Below are positions 9,607-18,657 of a stretch of 39,855 bases of DNA, piece after piece; the stretch's first letter is position 1; every line of letters begins with the position of its first letter. The stretch lies in IMG/VR virus record IMGVR_UViG_2563366875_000003. The stretch is one strand, 5' to 3'. This DNA comes from a virus. Its lineage: Duplodnaviria > Heunggongvirae > Uroviricota > Caudoviricetes. The notes below the pieces were generated by a model. The model saw only the letters and a program-made list of their open reading frames with translations, ran no database searches and was not told where the DNA came from. The position numbers and the translations under genes were made by a program.

Positions 9607-9900
9607 ATGGTTCGTGCAAACAAACGCAACGAGGCTCTACGAATCGAGAGTGCGTTGCTTAACAAAATCGCAATGCTTGGAACTGAGAAGACAGCGGAAG
9701 CTGTGGGCGTTGATAAGTCGCAGATCAGCAGGTGGAAGAGGGACTGGATTCCAAAGTTCTCAATGCTGCTTGCTGTTCTTGAATGGGGGGTCGTTGACGA
9801 CGACATGGCTCGATTGGCGCGACAAGTTGCTGCGATTCTCACCAATAAAAAACGCCCGGCGGCAACCGAGCGTTCTGAACAAATCCAGATGGAGTTCTGA
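9607..9900 (+). CDS. cII: CII transcriptional activator
   Basis: ATG at 9607 preceded by TAAGGA; MVRANKRNEALRIESALLNKIAMLGTEKTAEAVGVDKSQISRWKRDWIPKF... (97 aa). The track start at 9547 is an upstream extension. Confidence 0.9.
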   Translation: MVRANKRNEALRIESALLNKIAMLGTEKTAEAVGVDKSQISRWKRDWIPKFSMLLAVLEWGVVDDDMARLARQVAAILTNKKRPAATERSEQIQMEF

Positions 9901-9923
9901 GGTCATTACTGGATCTATCAACA
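9847..9923 (-). ncRNA. oop: Candidate OOP antisense RNA overlapping the 3' end of cII
   Basis: Minus-strand hairpin (cgctcgg / ccgggcg region) followed by TTTTTT at about 9847-9875, antisense to the cII 3' end. The 5' end is placed by analogy to lambda, not read from the sequence. Confidence 0.35.
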
Positions 9924-9932
9924 GGAGTCATT

Positions 9933-10832
9933 ATGACAAATACAGCAAAAATACTCAACTTCGGCAGAAGTAACTTTGCCGGACAGGAGCGTAATGTGGC
10001 AGATCTCGATGATGGTTACGCCAGACTATCAAATATGCTGCTTGAGGCTTATTCGGGCGCAGATCTGACCAAGCGACAGTTTAAAGTGCTGCTTGCCATT
10101 CTGCGTAAAACCTATGGGTGGAATAAACCAATGGACAGAATCACCGATTCTCAACTTAGCGAGATTACAAAGTTACCTGTCAAACGGTGCAATGAAGCCA
10201 AGTTAGAACTCGTCAGAATGAATATTATCAAGCAGCAAGGCGGCATGTTTGGACCAAACAAAAACATCTCAGAATGGTGCATCCCTCAAAACGAGGGAAA
10301 ATCCCCTAAAACGAGGGATAAAACATCCCTCAAATTGGGGGATTGCTATCCCTCAAAACAGGGGGACACAAAAGACACTATTACAAAAGAAAAAAGAAAA
10401 GATTATTCGTCCGAGAATTCTGGCGAATCCTCTGACCAGCCAGAAAACGATCTTTCTGTGGTTAAACCGGATGCTGCAATTCAGAGCGGCAGTAAGTGGG
10501 GAACAGCAGAAGACCTGACCGCCGCAGAGTGGATGTTTGACATGGTGAAGACCATCGCGCCATCAGCCAGAAAACCGAATTTTGCTGGGTGGGCTAACGA
10601 TATCCGCCTGATGCGTGAACGTGACGGACGTAACCACCGCGATATGTGTGTGCTTTTCCGCTGGGCCTGCCAGGACAACTTCTGGTCCGGTAACGTGCTG
10701 AGTCCGGCCAAACTCCGCGACAAGTGGACCCAGCTCGAAATCAACCGTAACAAGCAACAGGCTGGCGTGACAGCCGGAAAACCAAAACTCGACCTGACAA
10801 ACACTGACTGGATTTACGGGGTGGATCTATGA
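9933..10832 (+). CDS. O: Replication initiator O
   Basis: 299-aa ORF containing the origin iterons; recognised as lambda O. Confidence 0.95.
   Translation: MTNTAKILNFGRSNFAGQERNVADLDDGYARLSNMLLEAYSGADLTKRQFKVLLAILRKTYGWNKPMDRITDSQLSEITKLPVKRCNEAKLELVRMNIIKQQGGMFGPNKNISEWCIPQNEGKSPKTRDKTSLKLGDCYPSKQGDTKDTITKEKRKDYSSENSGESSDQPENDLSVVKPDAAIQSGSKWGTAEDLTAAEWMFDMVKTIAPSARKPNFAGWANDIRLMRERDGRNHRDMCVLFRWACQDNFWSGNVLSPAKLRDKWTQLEINRNKQQAGVTAGKPKLDLTNTDWIYGVDL
10281..10369 (+). repeat. ori-lambda iterons (four roughly 19-bp direct repeats) followed by an A/T-rich unwinding region
   Basis: ATCCCTCAAAACGAGGGAAA / ATCCCCTAAAACGAGGGATA / AAACATCCCTCAAATTGGGGGATTG / CTATCCCTCAAAACAGGGGGACAC, then AAAGAAAAAAGAAAAGATTATT. 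Confidence 0.75.
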
Positions 10833-11530
10833 AAAACATCGCCGCACAGATGGTTAACTTTGACCGTGAGCAGATGCGTCGGATCGCCAACAACATGCCG
10901 GAACAGTACGACGAAAAGCCACAGGTACAGCAGGTAGCGCAGATCATCAACGGTGTGTTCAGCCAGTTACTGGCAACTTTCCCGGCGAGTCTGGCTAACC
11001 GTGACCAGAACGAACTGAACGAAATCCGCCGCCAGTGGGTTCTGGCTTTCCGGGAAAACGGGATCACCACAATGGAACAGGTTAACGCAGGAATGCGCGT
11101 AGCCCGTCGGCAAAATCGACCATTTCTGCCATCACCCGGGCAGTTTGTTGCATGGTGCCGGGAAGAAGCATCCGTTATCGCCGGACTGCCAAACGTCAGC
11201 GAGCTGGTTGATATGGTTTACGAGTATTGCCGGAAGCGAGGCCTGTATCCGGATGCGGAGTCTTATCCGTGGAAATCAAACGCGCACTACTGGCTGGTTA
11301 CCAACCTGTATCAGAACATGCGGGCCAATGCGCTTACTGATGCGGAATTACGGCGCAAGGCTGCCGATGAACTGACCTGTATGACAGCGCGAATTAACCG
11401 TGGTGAGACGATACCTGAACCAGTAAAACAACTTCCTGTTATGGGCGGTAGACCTCTAAATCGTGCACAGGCTCTGGCGAAGATCGCAGAAATTAAAGCT
11501 AAGTTCGGACTGAAAGGAGCAAGTGTATGA
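10829..11530 (+). CDS. P: Replication protein P (helicase loader)
   Basis: 233-aa ORF overlapping the O stop; recognised as lambda P. Confidence 0.95.
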   Translation: MKNIAAQMVNFDREQMRRIANNMPEQYDEKPQVQQVAQIINGVFSQLLATFPASLANRDQNELNEIRRQWVLAFRENGITTMEQVNAGMRVARRQNRPFLPSPGQFVAWCREEASVIAGLPNVSELVDMVYEYCRKRGLYPDAESYPWKSNAHYWLVTNLYQNMRANALTDAELRRKAADELTCMTARINRGETIPEPVKQLPVMGGRPLNRAQALAKIAEIKAKFGLKGASV

Positions 11531-11817
11531 CGGGCAAAGAGGCAATTATTCATTACCTGGGGACGCATAATAGCTTCTGTGCGCCGGACGTTGCCGCGCT
11601 AACAGGCGCAACAGTAACCAGCATAAATCAGGCCGCGGCTAAAATGGCACGGGCAGGTCTTCTGGTTATCGAAGGTAAGGTCTGGCGAACGGTGTATTAC
11701 CGGTTTGCTACCAGGGAAGAACGGGAAGGAAAGATGAGCACGAACCTGATTTTTAAGGAGTGTCGCCAGAGTGCCGCGATGAAACGGGTATTGGCGGTAT
11801 ATGGAGTTAAAAGATGA
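11527..11817 (+). CDS. ren: Ren (Rex exclusion escape)
   Basis: 96-aa ORF MTGKEAIIHYLGTHNSFCAPDVAALTGATVTSINQ... overlapping the P stop. Confidence 0.85.
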   Translation: MTGKEAIIHYLGTHNSFCAPDVAALTGATVTSINQAAAKMARAGLLVIEGKVWRTVYYRFATREEREGKMSTNLIFKECRQSAAMKRVLAVYGVKR

Positions 11818-11842
11818 CCATCTACATTACTGAGCTAATAAC

Positions 11843-11873
11843 AGGCCTGCTGGTAATCGCAGGCCTTTTTATT
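11843..11873 (+). terminator. tR2-like intrinsic terminator
   Basis: aggcctgc / gcaggcct 8-bp stem followed by TTTTTATTT between ren and ninB. Confidence 0.5.
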
Positions 11874-11890
11874 TGGGGGAGAGGGAAGTC

Positions 11891-12331
11891 ATGAAAAAAC
11901 TAACCTTTGAAATTCGATCTCCAGCACATCAGCAAAACGCTATTCACGCAGTACAGCAAATCCTTCCAGACCCAACCAAACCAATCGTAGTAACCATTCA
12001 GGAACGCAACCGCAGCTTAGACCAAAACAGGAAGCTATGGGCCTGCTTAGGTGACGTCTCTCGTCAGGTTGAATGGCATGGTCGCTGGCTGGATGCAGAA
12101 AGCTGGAAGTGTGTGTTTACCGCAGCATTAAAGCAGCAGGATGTTGTTCCTAACCTTGCCGGGAATGGCTTTGTGGTAATAGGCCAGTCAACCAGCAGGA
12201 TGCGTGTAGGCGAATTTGCGGAGCTATTAGAGCTTATACAGGCATTCGGTACAGAGCGTGGCGTTAAGTGGTCAGACGAAGCGAGACTGGCTCTGGAGTG
12301 GAAAGCGAGATGGGGAGATCGGGCTGCATGA
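11891..12331 (+). CDS. ninB: NinB (Orf-family recombination mediator)
   Basis: Internal Met of ORF 11873-12331: MKKLTFEIRSPAHQQNAIHAVQQILPDPTKPIVVTIQERNRSLDQNRKLWA... (146 aa). Confidence 0.85.
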   Translation: MKKLTFEIRSPAHQQNAIHAVQQILPDPTKPIVVTIQERNRSLDQNRKLWACLGDVSRQVEWHGRWLDAESWKCVFTAALKQQDVVPNLAGNGFVVIGQSTSRMRVGEFAELLELIQAFGTERGVKWSDEARLALEWKARWGDRAA

Positions 12332-12855
12332 CTATCAAATCAAATACGCCAGCACACGACAAGGACTGCTGGCAAACGCCGCTTTGGCTTTTTGATGCAC
12401 TGGATATTGAGTTTGGATTCTGGCTGGATTCGGCAGCGAGCGACAAAAATGCTCTGTGTGCTCACTGGCTAACTGAGGCCGACGACGCGCTCAATTCTGA
12501 GTGGGTAAGCCACGGTGCAATCTGGAATAACCCACCGTACAGCAATATCAGGCCGTGGGTGGAAAAAGCCGCTGAGCAGTGCATACAACAGCGACAGACG
12601 GTAGTTATGCTTGTGCCAGAGGATATGTCAGTCGGATGGTTCAGCAAGGCTCTGGAGAGTGTCGACGAAGTTCGCATTATCACTGATGGACGGATTAATT
12701 TTATCGAACCATCGACAGGGCTGGAGAAGAAGGGAAACAGCAAAGGCTCCATGCTGCTGATTTGGCGACCGTTCATCAGTCCTCGACGGATGTTTACTAC
12801 CGTATCCAAAGCGGCATTGATGGCGATCGGGCAGGGCGTCAGGAGGGCGGCATGA
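12328..12855 (+). CDS. Phage orphan DNA N6-adenine methyltransferase (Dam-like, NPPY motif)
   Basis: Start at MTIKSNT (ATGA overlap with the ninB stop). Contains IWNNPPYS (motif IV, N/DPPY) and a ...CWQTPLWLF... region. Occupies the position of ninC/ninD in lambda. Confidence 0.8.
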   Translation: MTIKSNTPAHDKDCWQTPLWLFDALDIEFGFWLDSAASDKNALCAHWLTEADDALNSEWVSHGAIWNNPPYSNIRPWVEKAAEQCIQQRQTVVMLVPEDMSVGWFSKALESVDEVRIITDGRINFIEPSTGLEKKGNSKGSMLLIWRPFISPRRMFTTVSKAALMAIGQGVRRAA

Positions 12856-13028
12856 GGCGACAGCGACGAAGTTTCACCGACATCATCTGCGAAAACTGCA
12901 AATACCTTCCAACGAAACGCTCCAGAAATAAACGCAAGCCAATCCCAAAAGAATCTGACGTAAAAACCTTCAATTACACAGCTCACCTGTGGGATATCCG
13001 GTGGCTAAGATATCGTGCGAGGAAATGA
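12852..13028 (+). CDS. ninE: NinE
   Basis: Internal Met of ORF 12762-13028: [58 protein letters not shown]. Confidence 0.7.
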   Translation: MRRQRRSFTDIICENCKYLPTKRSRNKRKPIPKESDVKTFNYTAHLWDIRWLRYRARK

Positions 13029-13372
13029 CAATGGATTATTCACAGTTAAGTGATTTTGAAATTAACAGAATGGTAGGAGACATAATTTTTAAAGGCCTTT
13101 GGGCAAGTAAACCGGAAACATCAGGGAATAACACCAACAAATGGTATTACGGAAATGCTGATACAACTTTTGAGCCATTAAATCATTTGCCTGACTACTG
13201 CAATGATCCGAGCGCTTCATGGCCGATTATTGAGAAATACAGGATTTCTATCTTAGACCAGTTAACTGAATGGTGTGTGGATGCAAAAGGCGTAAGCCCA
13301 ATATTTGATACCAGACCTCTCCGCGCCGCCATGATTGTCTTTCTCCTGATGCAGGAGGCCAATAATGCTTAG
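13025..13372 (+). CDS. Hypothetical nin-region protein (NinX/DUF-type), function unknown
   Basis: Start overlapping the ninE stop (MTMDYSQL...); 115 aa. I cannot assign a family with confidence. Confidence 0.45.
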   Translation: MTMDYSQLSDFEINRMVGDIIFKGLWASKPETSGNNTNKWYYGNADTTFEPLNHLPDYCNDPSASWPIIEKYRISILDQLTEWCVDAKGVSPIFDTRPLRAAMIVFLLMQEANNA

Positions 13373-13559
13373 CCCATCTCAATCCCTTCAATACCTGAAA
13401 GGAAGCATAGAGCGGGCTTCAATGTGCACAGAGTGGATTCTATCTAGGTTTAGCGCATACAGAAGATTGCCGGTAAAGGGCATGCCAAGCAAGTCGATGC
13501 TGCATATGCAAAAGAATGCGCGCTGGAAGGTATGGCGAGAACACAGGTTATCTGGCTGA
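13365..13559 (+). CDS. Small protein with NinF-like N-terminus ([10 protein letters not shown]) and unrelated C-terminus
   Basis: 64-aa ORF whose start overlaps the preceding stop. The first roughly 20 aa resemble NinF as I recall it, but the Cys-rich NinF body is absent. Confidence 0.35.
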   Translation: MLSPSQSLQYLKGSIERASMCTEWILSRFSAYRRLPVKGMPSKSMLHMQKNARWKVWREHRLSG

Positions 13560-13578
13560 AAGAGGGGGTTATTAAGGC

Positions 13579-13941
13579 GTGAATACCTACAGCATCACAT
13601 TACCTTGGCCTCCGAGCAATAATCGCTATTACCGCCATAATCGCGGACGCACGCACATCAGCGCAGAGGGGCAGGCATACCGCGATAACGTCGCCCGAAT
13701 CATTAAAAACGCAATGCTAGATATCGGCCTGGCTATGCCTGTGAAAATCCGCATTGAGTGCCACATGCCGGATCGCCGTCGCCGTGACCTGGATAATCTG
13801 CAAAAAGCCGCTTTTGACGCACTCACTAAAGCAGGTTTCTGGCTGGATGATGCTCAGGTCGTTGATTACCGCGTTGTGAAGATGCCTGTTACCAAAGGTG
13901 GGAGGCTGGAACTGACCATCACCGAAATGGGGAATGAATGA
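13579..13941 (+). CDS. rusA: RusA Holliday-junction resolvase
   Basis: 120-aa [44 protein letters not shown]...[29 protein letters not shown], RusA family; replaces lambda ninG (rap). Confidence 0.9.
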   Translation: MNTYSITLPWPPSNNRYYRHNRGRTHISAEGQAYRDNVARIIKNAMLDIGLAMPVKIRIECHMPDRRRRDLDNLQKAAFDALTKAGFWLDDAQVVDYRVVKMPVTKGGRLELTITEMGNE

Positions 13942-14078
13942 TGTTTGAGTTTAATATGGCAGAACTTCTTCGCCACCGCTGGGGGCGTCTGCGCTTATAT
14001 CGTTTCCCCGGTTCTGTTTTGACCGATTACCGAATACTGAAGAATTACGCCAAAACACTGACAGGAGCAGGAGTATGA
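13938..14078 (+). CDS. YlcG-like small protein (46 aa)
   Basis: Hand translation [46 protein letters not shown]; ATGA overlap with the rusA stop. Same position as ylcG in DLP12. Confidence 0.4.
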   Translation: MMFEFNMAELLRHRWGRLRLYRFPGSVLTDYRILKNYAKTLTGAGV

Positions 14079-14163
14079 AGTCAGAGATAACAATCAACTA
14101 ATACTGTTTTGTTGATTTTTGCTTGTAATTGGCGTTCTGGTCTGAGTTTTGTGGAGTAAGTTG

Positions 14164-14547
14164 ATGCGTGATATTCAGATGGTTCTTGAGCGTTGGGGAG
14201 CGTGGGCGGCTAATAATCATGAAGATGTGACCTGGTCGTCCATTGCCGCCGGTTTTAAGGGATTAATTCCTTCAAAAGTAAAATCTCGCCCGCAATGTTG
14301 TGACGATGACGCGATGATCATTTGCGGGTGCATGGCCCGTCTGAAAAAGAACAACAGCGATTTGCACGATTTATTAGTAGATTATTATGTAGTCGGTATG
14401 ACATTCATGTCACTGGCAGGTAAGCATTGCTGCTCTGATGGTTATATCGGGAAAAGGTTACAAAAGGCTGAGGGCATAATTGAAGGGATGTTAATGGCAT
14501 TAGATATCCGGTTAGAGATGGATATCGTTGTTAATAACTCTAATTAA
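14164..14547 (+). CDS. Q: Late antiterminator Q, phage 82 / DLP12 QuuD type (not lambda Q)
   Basis: Start at [26 protein letters not shown]... (127 aa), Cys-rich ([20 protein letters not shown]); recognised as the QuuD/Q82 family. Confidence 0.85.
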   Translation: MRDIQMVLERWGAWAANNHEDVTWSSIAAGFKGLIPSKVKSRPQCCDDDAMIICGCMARLKKNNSDLHDLLVDYYVVGMTFMSLAGKHCCSDGYIGKRLQKAEGIIEGMLMALDIRLEMDIVVNNSN

Positions 14548-14580
14548 TACGCCAATTATTTACTAAAAGTTATTAAAAAT

Positions 14581-14720
14581 GGGGCGTTGAAACGCCCCCA
14601 AAAATAAAGGGTAATATATAACAGAAGGTTTGTATAGTTAGAAGCAAGGTTGTGCTTCTAAAGGAAGTGGCTTGAGGGAGCCACTTATATGTTGGGGAGG
14701 CAAAGCCTCCCACAACATAT
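14581..14720. terminator. Cluster of four stem-loops between the convergent Q and porin genes (bidirectional terminator module)
   Basis: H1 ggggcgttgaaacgccccc (U-run on the minus strand, likely the porin terminator); H2 tagaagca..tgcttcta; H3 aagtggct..agccactt; H4 a 14-15-bp stem atatgttggggaggc-aaa-gcctcccacaacatat followed by cttttag on the plus strand. Confidence 0.4.
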
Positions 14721-14735
14721 CTTTTAGTAATCAAA

Positions 14736-15818
14736 TTAGAACTGGTAAACCATACCTACAGCAACGATATCATCGGTAGCAACGCCAGATGCTTTCGTGA
14801 AATCGCTCTTATCAATCAGGTTGATTTTGTAGTCAACAAAAGTGGACATATTTTTGTTGAAGTAATAGGTTGCACCTACATCAACATATTCAACCAGGTC
14901 CTGATCACCCCAAACACCCAAGTCTTTTCCTTTAGAATGCAGGTAAGCAACGGATGGACGCAGGCCGAAGTCGAACTGATATTGTGCAACAGCTTCGAAG
15001 TTTTGTGCTTTGTTGGCAATATGGTTATTACCAAAAACAGTCATGTTCTGGGTTTCAGAATAGGTGGTGGCCAGATAGATGTTGTTCGCATCATATTTCA
15101 GACCAGCTGCCCATACTTCAGCATTTTGACCAGAAGCATTCAGACCGTTGTTACCGTAGATAACCTGATTATTAGTGCGATCAGATTTAGCATAGGTTGC
15201 ACCCACGCCGAATCCTTCATACTCATAAGTAGTTGAGAAACCGAAACCATCGCCATTAGCTTCAGTTACTTCATTTCGGTCATTTTTGCCCTGATACTGA
15301 GCTGCAAAGTTCAGGCCATCAACCAGACCAAAGAAGTCGTTGTTACGATAAGTTGCAACACCTGTGGTGCGACCAGTCATGAATACATCTGTTTGGGTCC
15401 AGGTATCGCCACCGAATTCTGGCAGAACGTCGGTCCATGCACCAATATCGTATGCTACACCGTAGTTACGGCCATAATCGATGGAGCCGTAGTCACCGAA
15501 TTTCAGGCCAGCGAAGGCAAGACGGGTTTTATCTTTGGAGGAACCTTGAGATTCAGCGCGGTTGCCTTTGAATTCATATTCCCACTGACCGAAACCAGTC
15601 AGTTGATCGTTGATTTGGGTTTCACCTTTGAAGCCAAGACGGGCATAAGTAGTATCACCATCATCTGCATCATTAGAGGAGAAGTAGTGCTTAGCATTAA
15701 CTTTCCCGTACAGATCCAGCTTGTTACTGTCTTTATTATAAATTTCAGCTGCCTGAGCAGACATCGCCATCAGTACTGATGCAGCTACAGCAGAAATTGC
15801 CACTGTTAATTTTTTCAT
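14736..15818 (-). CDS. OmpC/OmpF-family general porin (Lc / NmpC-like lysogenic-conversion moron), apparently intact
   Basis: 360-aa ORF with signal peptide [23 protein letters not shown], conserved porin N-terminus [17 protein letters not shown] and C-terminal beta-barrel signature ...VAVGMVYQF. Opposite strand to flanking phage genes with its own AT-rich upstream region. Confidence 0.9.
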   Translation of the reverse strand: MKKLTVAISAVAASVLMAMSAQAAEIYNKDSNKLDLYGKVNAKHYFSSNDADDGDTTYARLGFKGETQINDQLTGFGQWEYEFKGNRAESQGSSKDKTRLAFAGLKFGDYGSIDYGRNYGVAYDIGAWTDVLPEFGGDTWTQTDVFMTGRTTGVATYRNNDFFGLVDGLNFAAQYQGKNDRNEVTEANGDGFGFSTTYEYEGFGVGATYAKSDRTNNQVIYGNNGLNASGQNAEVWAAGLKYDANNIYLATTYSETQNMTVFGNNHIANKAQNFEAVAQYQFDFGLRPSVAYLHSKGKDLGVWGDQDLVEYVDVGATYYFNKNMSTFVDYKINLIDKSDFTKASGVATDDIVAVGMVYQF

Positions 15819-16188
15819 CGTGAGCCCTTTTTTTTGAACTATTATTAAAAAATGATGTCACTGCGCGATAAATATTCATCTAATCAATGTGATTATTTCA
15901 AGATGTAAGTTTTGGTTTCTCGTTTAATTTGTGAAGTAGATCTCTATTTTTATCTGAACTTTTTTCTATCGAATCCTATTCATGGCTCTTGGCTGAATAA
16001 AAATAAATCTATTAGCCAATTTATATTAATGGCTGTTATTTATAAGTGCTCTATAATTTGAAGGTTCAATTTAAATTGGCTAAAAATAACGCTGGAAATT
16101 ATTTGTTGGTTATTTGTTGAGATTTGCTTATGTATTTGTAGTGGTGTTTTCAATACTCGGTAGCATTCTCGCAAATATCATTTAGTGG

Positions 16189-16224
16189 TTTACGTACGTA
16201 AAAAATTGGTTATGCTGTTAAGAG
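16189..16224 (+). promoter_or_regulatory. Candidate late promoter (pR'-like) upstream of the lysis genes
   Basis: TTTACG - 16-nt spacer - TATGCT on the plus strand, about 25-40 nt upstream of a strong plus-strand intrinsic terminator. Inference only. Confidence 0.25.
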
Positions 16225-16248
16225 TGGTTACTTCGTCACACAGCTTAA

Positions 16249-16271
16249 ACCCGCCGTCGAGCGGGTTTTTC
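16249..16271 (+). terminator. Plus-strand intrinsic terminator (tR'-like) upstream of the holin gene
   Basis: acccgc-cgtcga-gcgggt hairpin followed by TTTTT. No plus-strand gene lies within 1.7 kb upstream, implying a short leader transcript. Confidence 0.5.
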
Positions 16272-16407
16272 CATTTTTTGAGTCTCGATATTAGCTGATA
16301 ACCCAATACCTGAGTTATTCACTGACTCCGAGTCTGTTACGTTTCTGCTTTTTTGCGATACGTTGTATTCCCTCAATTTACACCCGCTTTGTCTGCGAGG
16401 TGGGGTT

Positions 16408-16623
16408 ATGAAATCCATGGATAAGTTAACAACGGGTGTCGCCTATGGCACCTCAGCAGGTAGTGCCGGTTACTGGTTTTTACAGCTGCTCGATAAAGTC
16501 ACGCCCTCACAGTGGGCAGCAATAGGTGTGCTGGGTAGCCTGGTATTTGGCCTGCTGACGTACCTGACAAACCTTTATTTCAAGATTAAAGAAGATAAGC
16601 GCAAGGCTGCGAGAGGTGAATAA
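16408..16623 (+). CDS. S: Holin, S21/EssD-type (class II pinholin) with dual-start MKSM motif
   Basis: Internal Met of ORF 16363-16623: [71 protein letters not shown] (71 aa, two TM segments). Confidence 0.85.
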
Positions 16624-17120
16624 TGCCTCCATCATTACGAAAAGCCGTTGCTGCTGCTATTGGTGGCGGAGCAATTGCTATAGCATCAGTGTTAATCACT
16701 GGCCCAAGTGGTAACGATGGTCTGGAAGGTGTCAGCTACATACCATACAAAGATATTGTTGGTGTATGGACTGTATGTCACGGGCATACAGGAAAAGACA
16801 TCATGCTCGGTAAAACGTATACCAAAGCAGAATGCAAAGCCCTCCTGAATAAAGACCTTGCCACGGTCGCCAGACAAATTAACCCGTACATCAAAGTCGA
16901 TATACCGGAAACAATGCGCGGCGCTCTTTACTCATTCGTTTACAACGTGGGTGCTGGCAATTTCAGAACATCGACGCTTCTTCGCAAAATAAACCAGGGC
17001 GATATCAAAGGCGCATGTGATCAGCTACGTCGCTGGACATATGCTGGCGGTAAGCAATGGAAAGGTCTCATGACTCGTCGTGAGATTGAGCGTGAAATCT
17101 GTTTGTGGGGTCAGCAATGA
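16623..17120 (+). CDS. R: SAR endolysin (GH24 lysozyme with signal-anchor-release N-terminus), R21-like
   Basis: 165-aa ORF with Gly/Ala-rich weakly hydrophobic N-terminus ([21 protein letters not shown]), then a lysozyme-like domain. Confidence 0.9.
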   Translation: MPPSLRKAVAAAIGGGAIAIASVLITGPSGNDGLEGVSYIPYKDIVGVWTVCHGHTGKDIMLGKTYTKAECKALLNKDLATVARQINPYIKVDIPETMRGALYSFVYNVGAGNFRTSTLLRKINQGDIKGACDQLRRWTYAGGKQWKGLMTRREIEREICLWGQQ

Positions 17121-17578
17121 ACAGAGTAACCGCGATTATCTCCGCTCTGGTTATCTGCATCATCGTCTGCCTGTCATGGGCTGTTAATCATTACCGTGAT
17201 AACGCCATTACCTACAAAGCCCAGCGCGACAAAAATGCCAGAGAACTGAAGCTGGCGAACGCGGCAATTACTGACATGCAGATGCGTCAGCGTGATGTTG
17301 CTGCGCTCGATGCAAAATACACGAAGGAGTTAGCTGATGCGAAAGCTGAAAATGATGCTCTGCGTGATGATGTTGCCGCTGGTCGTCGTCGGTTGCACAT
17401 CAAAGCAGTCTGTCAGTCAGTGCGTGAAGCCACCACCGCCTCCGGCGTGGATAATGCAGCCTCCCCCCGACTGGCAGACACCGCTGAACGGGATTATTTC
17501 ACCCTCAGAGAGAGGCTGATCACTATGCAAAAACAACTGGAAGGAACCCAGAAGTATATTAATGAGCAGTGCAGATAG
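17117..17578 (+). CDS. Rz: Rz (inner-membrane spanin), lambda-type
   Basis: Start [48 protein letters not shown]...; N-terminal TM plus coiled coil; recognised as lambda Rz-like. Confidence 0.85.
   Translation: MNRVTAIISALVICIIVCLSWAVNHYRDNAITYKAQRDKNARELKLANAAITDMQMRQRDVAALDAKYTKELADAKAENDALRDDVAAGRRRLHIKAVCQSVREATTASGVDNAASPRLADTAERDYFTLRERLITMQKQLEGTQKYINEQCR
17337..17519 (+). CDS. Rz1: Rz1 (outer-membrane lipoprotein spanin), embedded in Rz in the +1 frame
   Basis: 60-aa [26 protein letters not shown]... with lipobox LVVVGC and a Pro-rich body, fully nested in Rz. Confidence 0.8.
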   Translation: MRKLKMMLCVMMLPLVVVGCTSKQSVSQCVKPPPPPAWIMQPPPDWQTPLNGIISPSERG

Positions 17579-17609
17579 AGCTGCCCATATCGATGGGCAA
17601 CTCATGCAA

Positions 17610-17903
17610 TTATTGTGAGCAATACACACGCGCTTCCAGCGGAGTATAAATGCCTAAAGTAATAAAACCGAGAAATCCATTTACGAATGTTTGCTGGGTT
17701 TCTGTTTTAACAACATTTTCTGCGCCGCCACAAATTTTGGCTGCATCAACAGTTTTCTCCTGTCCAATTCCCGAAACGAAGAAATGATGGGTGATGGTTT
17801 CCTTTGGTGTTACTGCTGTCGGTTTGTTTCCAACAGTAAACGTCTGTTGAGCACATCCTGTAATAAGCATTGCCAGAGCGGCAGAAAACAACATTTTTTT
17901 CAT
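17610..17903 (-). CDS. bor: Bor lipoprotein (serum-resistance / Iss family)
   Basis: Internal Met of ORF 17610-17951: MKKMLFSAALAMLITGCAQQTFTV... (97 aa, lipobox LITGC). Confidence 0.85.
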   Translation of the reverse strand: MKKMLFSAALAMLITGCAQQTFTVGNKPTAVTPKETITHHFFVSGIGQEKTVDAAKICGGAENVVKTETQQTFVNGFLGFITLGIYTPLEARVYCSQ

Positions 17904-18263
17904 CTTATTATCCTGCATTGTTAAAAACGGCAGAATCCTATGTGACAACAATTAAACGATAGTTAAATGGATTGATGAAAATTAAAACTATATAGGTGGA
18001 TGCTCAGCCTATTGGAGGAGGGGGGGCACTCAGAATCCTGTGGAATGAAATAAACCGCTCTATCTGTCCATTACCCTTTTAGCTGCGCTGTATCGTCGCC
18101 GTATTCCCGCATTAACCATGACCGTAGCCCGACGGGGAATTCCTTCTGCGTGAGTGTGCGGGAATAATCAAAAACGATGCACACCGGGTTTTACTGTGCT
18201 GACAGACGCAGGGTTACCCTCATAGTCGCTTTTCCGGTGCGATGGTGGAAGAAACCGGGATGT

Positions 18264-18458
18264 TCATCCATCATCACTTTGGATTGATGTATATGCTCTC
18301 TTTTCTGACGTTAGTCTCCGACGGCAGGCTTCAATGACCCAGGCTGAGAAATTCCCAGACCCTTTTTGCTCAAGAGCGATGTTAATTTGTTCAATCATTT
18401 GGTTAGGAAAGCGGATGTTGCGGGTTGTTGTTCTGCGGGTTCTGTTCTTCGTTGACAT
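18264..18458 (-). CDS. Small ribbon-helix-helix-like protein (64 aa) between bor and cos
   Basis: ORF MSTKNRTRRTTTRNIRFPNQMIEQINIALEQKGSGNFSAWVIEACRRRL...; basic N-terminus and RHH-like core. Function unknown. Confidence 0.45.
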   Translation of the reverse strand: MSTKNRTRRTTTRNIRFPNQMIEQINIALEQKGSGNFSAWVIEACRRRLTSEKRAYTSIQSDDG

Positions 18459-18657
18459 GAGGTTGCCCCGTATTCAGTGTCGCTGATTTGTATTGTCTGA
18501 AGTTGTTTTTACGTTAAGTTGATGCAGATCAATTAATACGATACCTGCGTCATAATTGATTATTTGACGTGGTTTGATGGCGTAGATGCACGTTGTGACA
18601 TGTAGATGATAATTATTATCATTTTTGCGGGTCCTTTCCGGCGATCCGACAGGTTAC

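Noticed and set aside
10281-10369. Direct repeats in O, and the repeat units in stf, considered as a possible CRISPR array
   Set aside because: The O repeats are the four ori-lambda iterons inside the O coding sequence, and the stf repeats are in-frame coding repeats. Neither has spacer-repeat regularity or a leader, and no cas genes are present.
15819-16240. AT-rich 420-bp tract as a possible small-ORF or sRNA locus
   Set aside because: No ORF of meaningful length with start context and no terminator-bounded unit was found. It is most simply the porin upstream regulatory region plus the candidate late promoter. It remains unverified.
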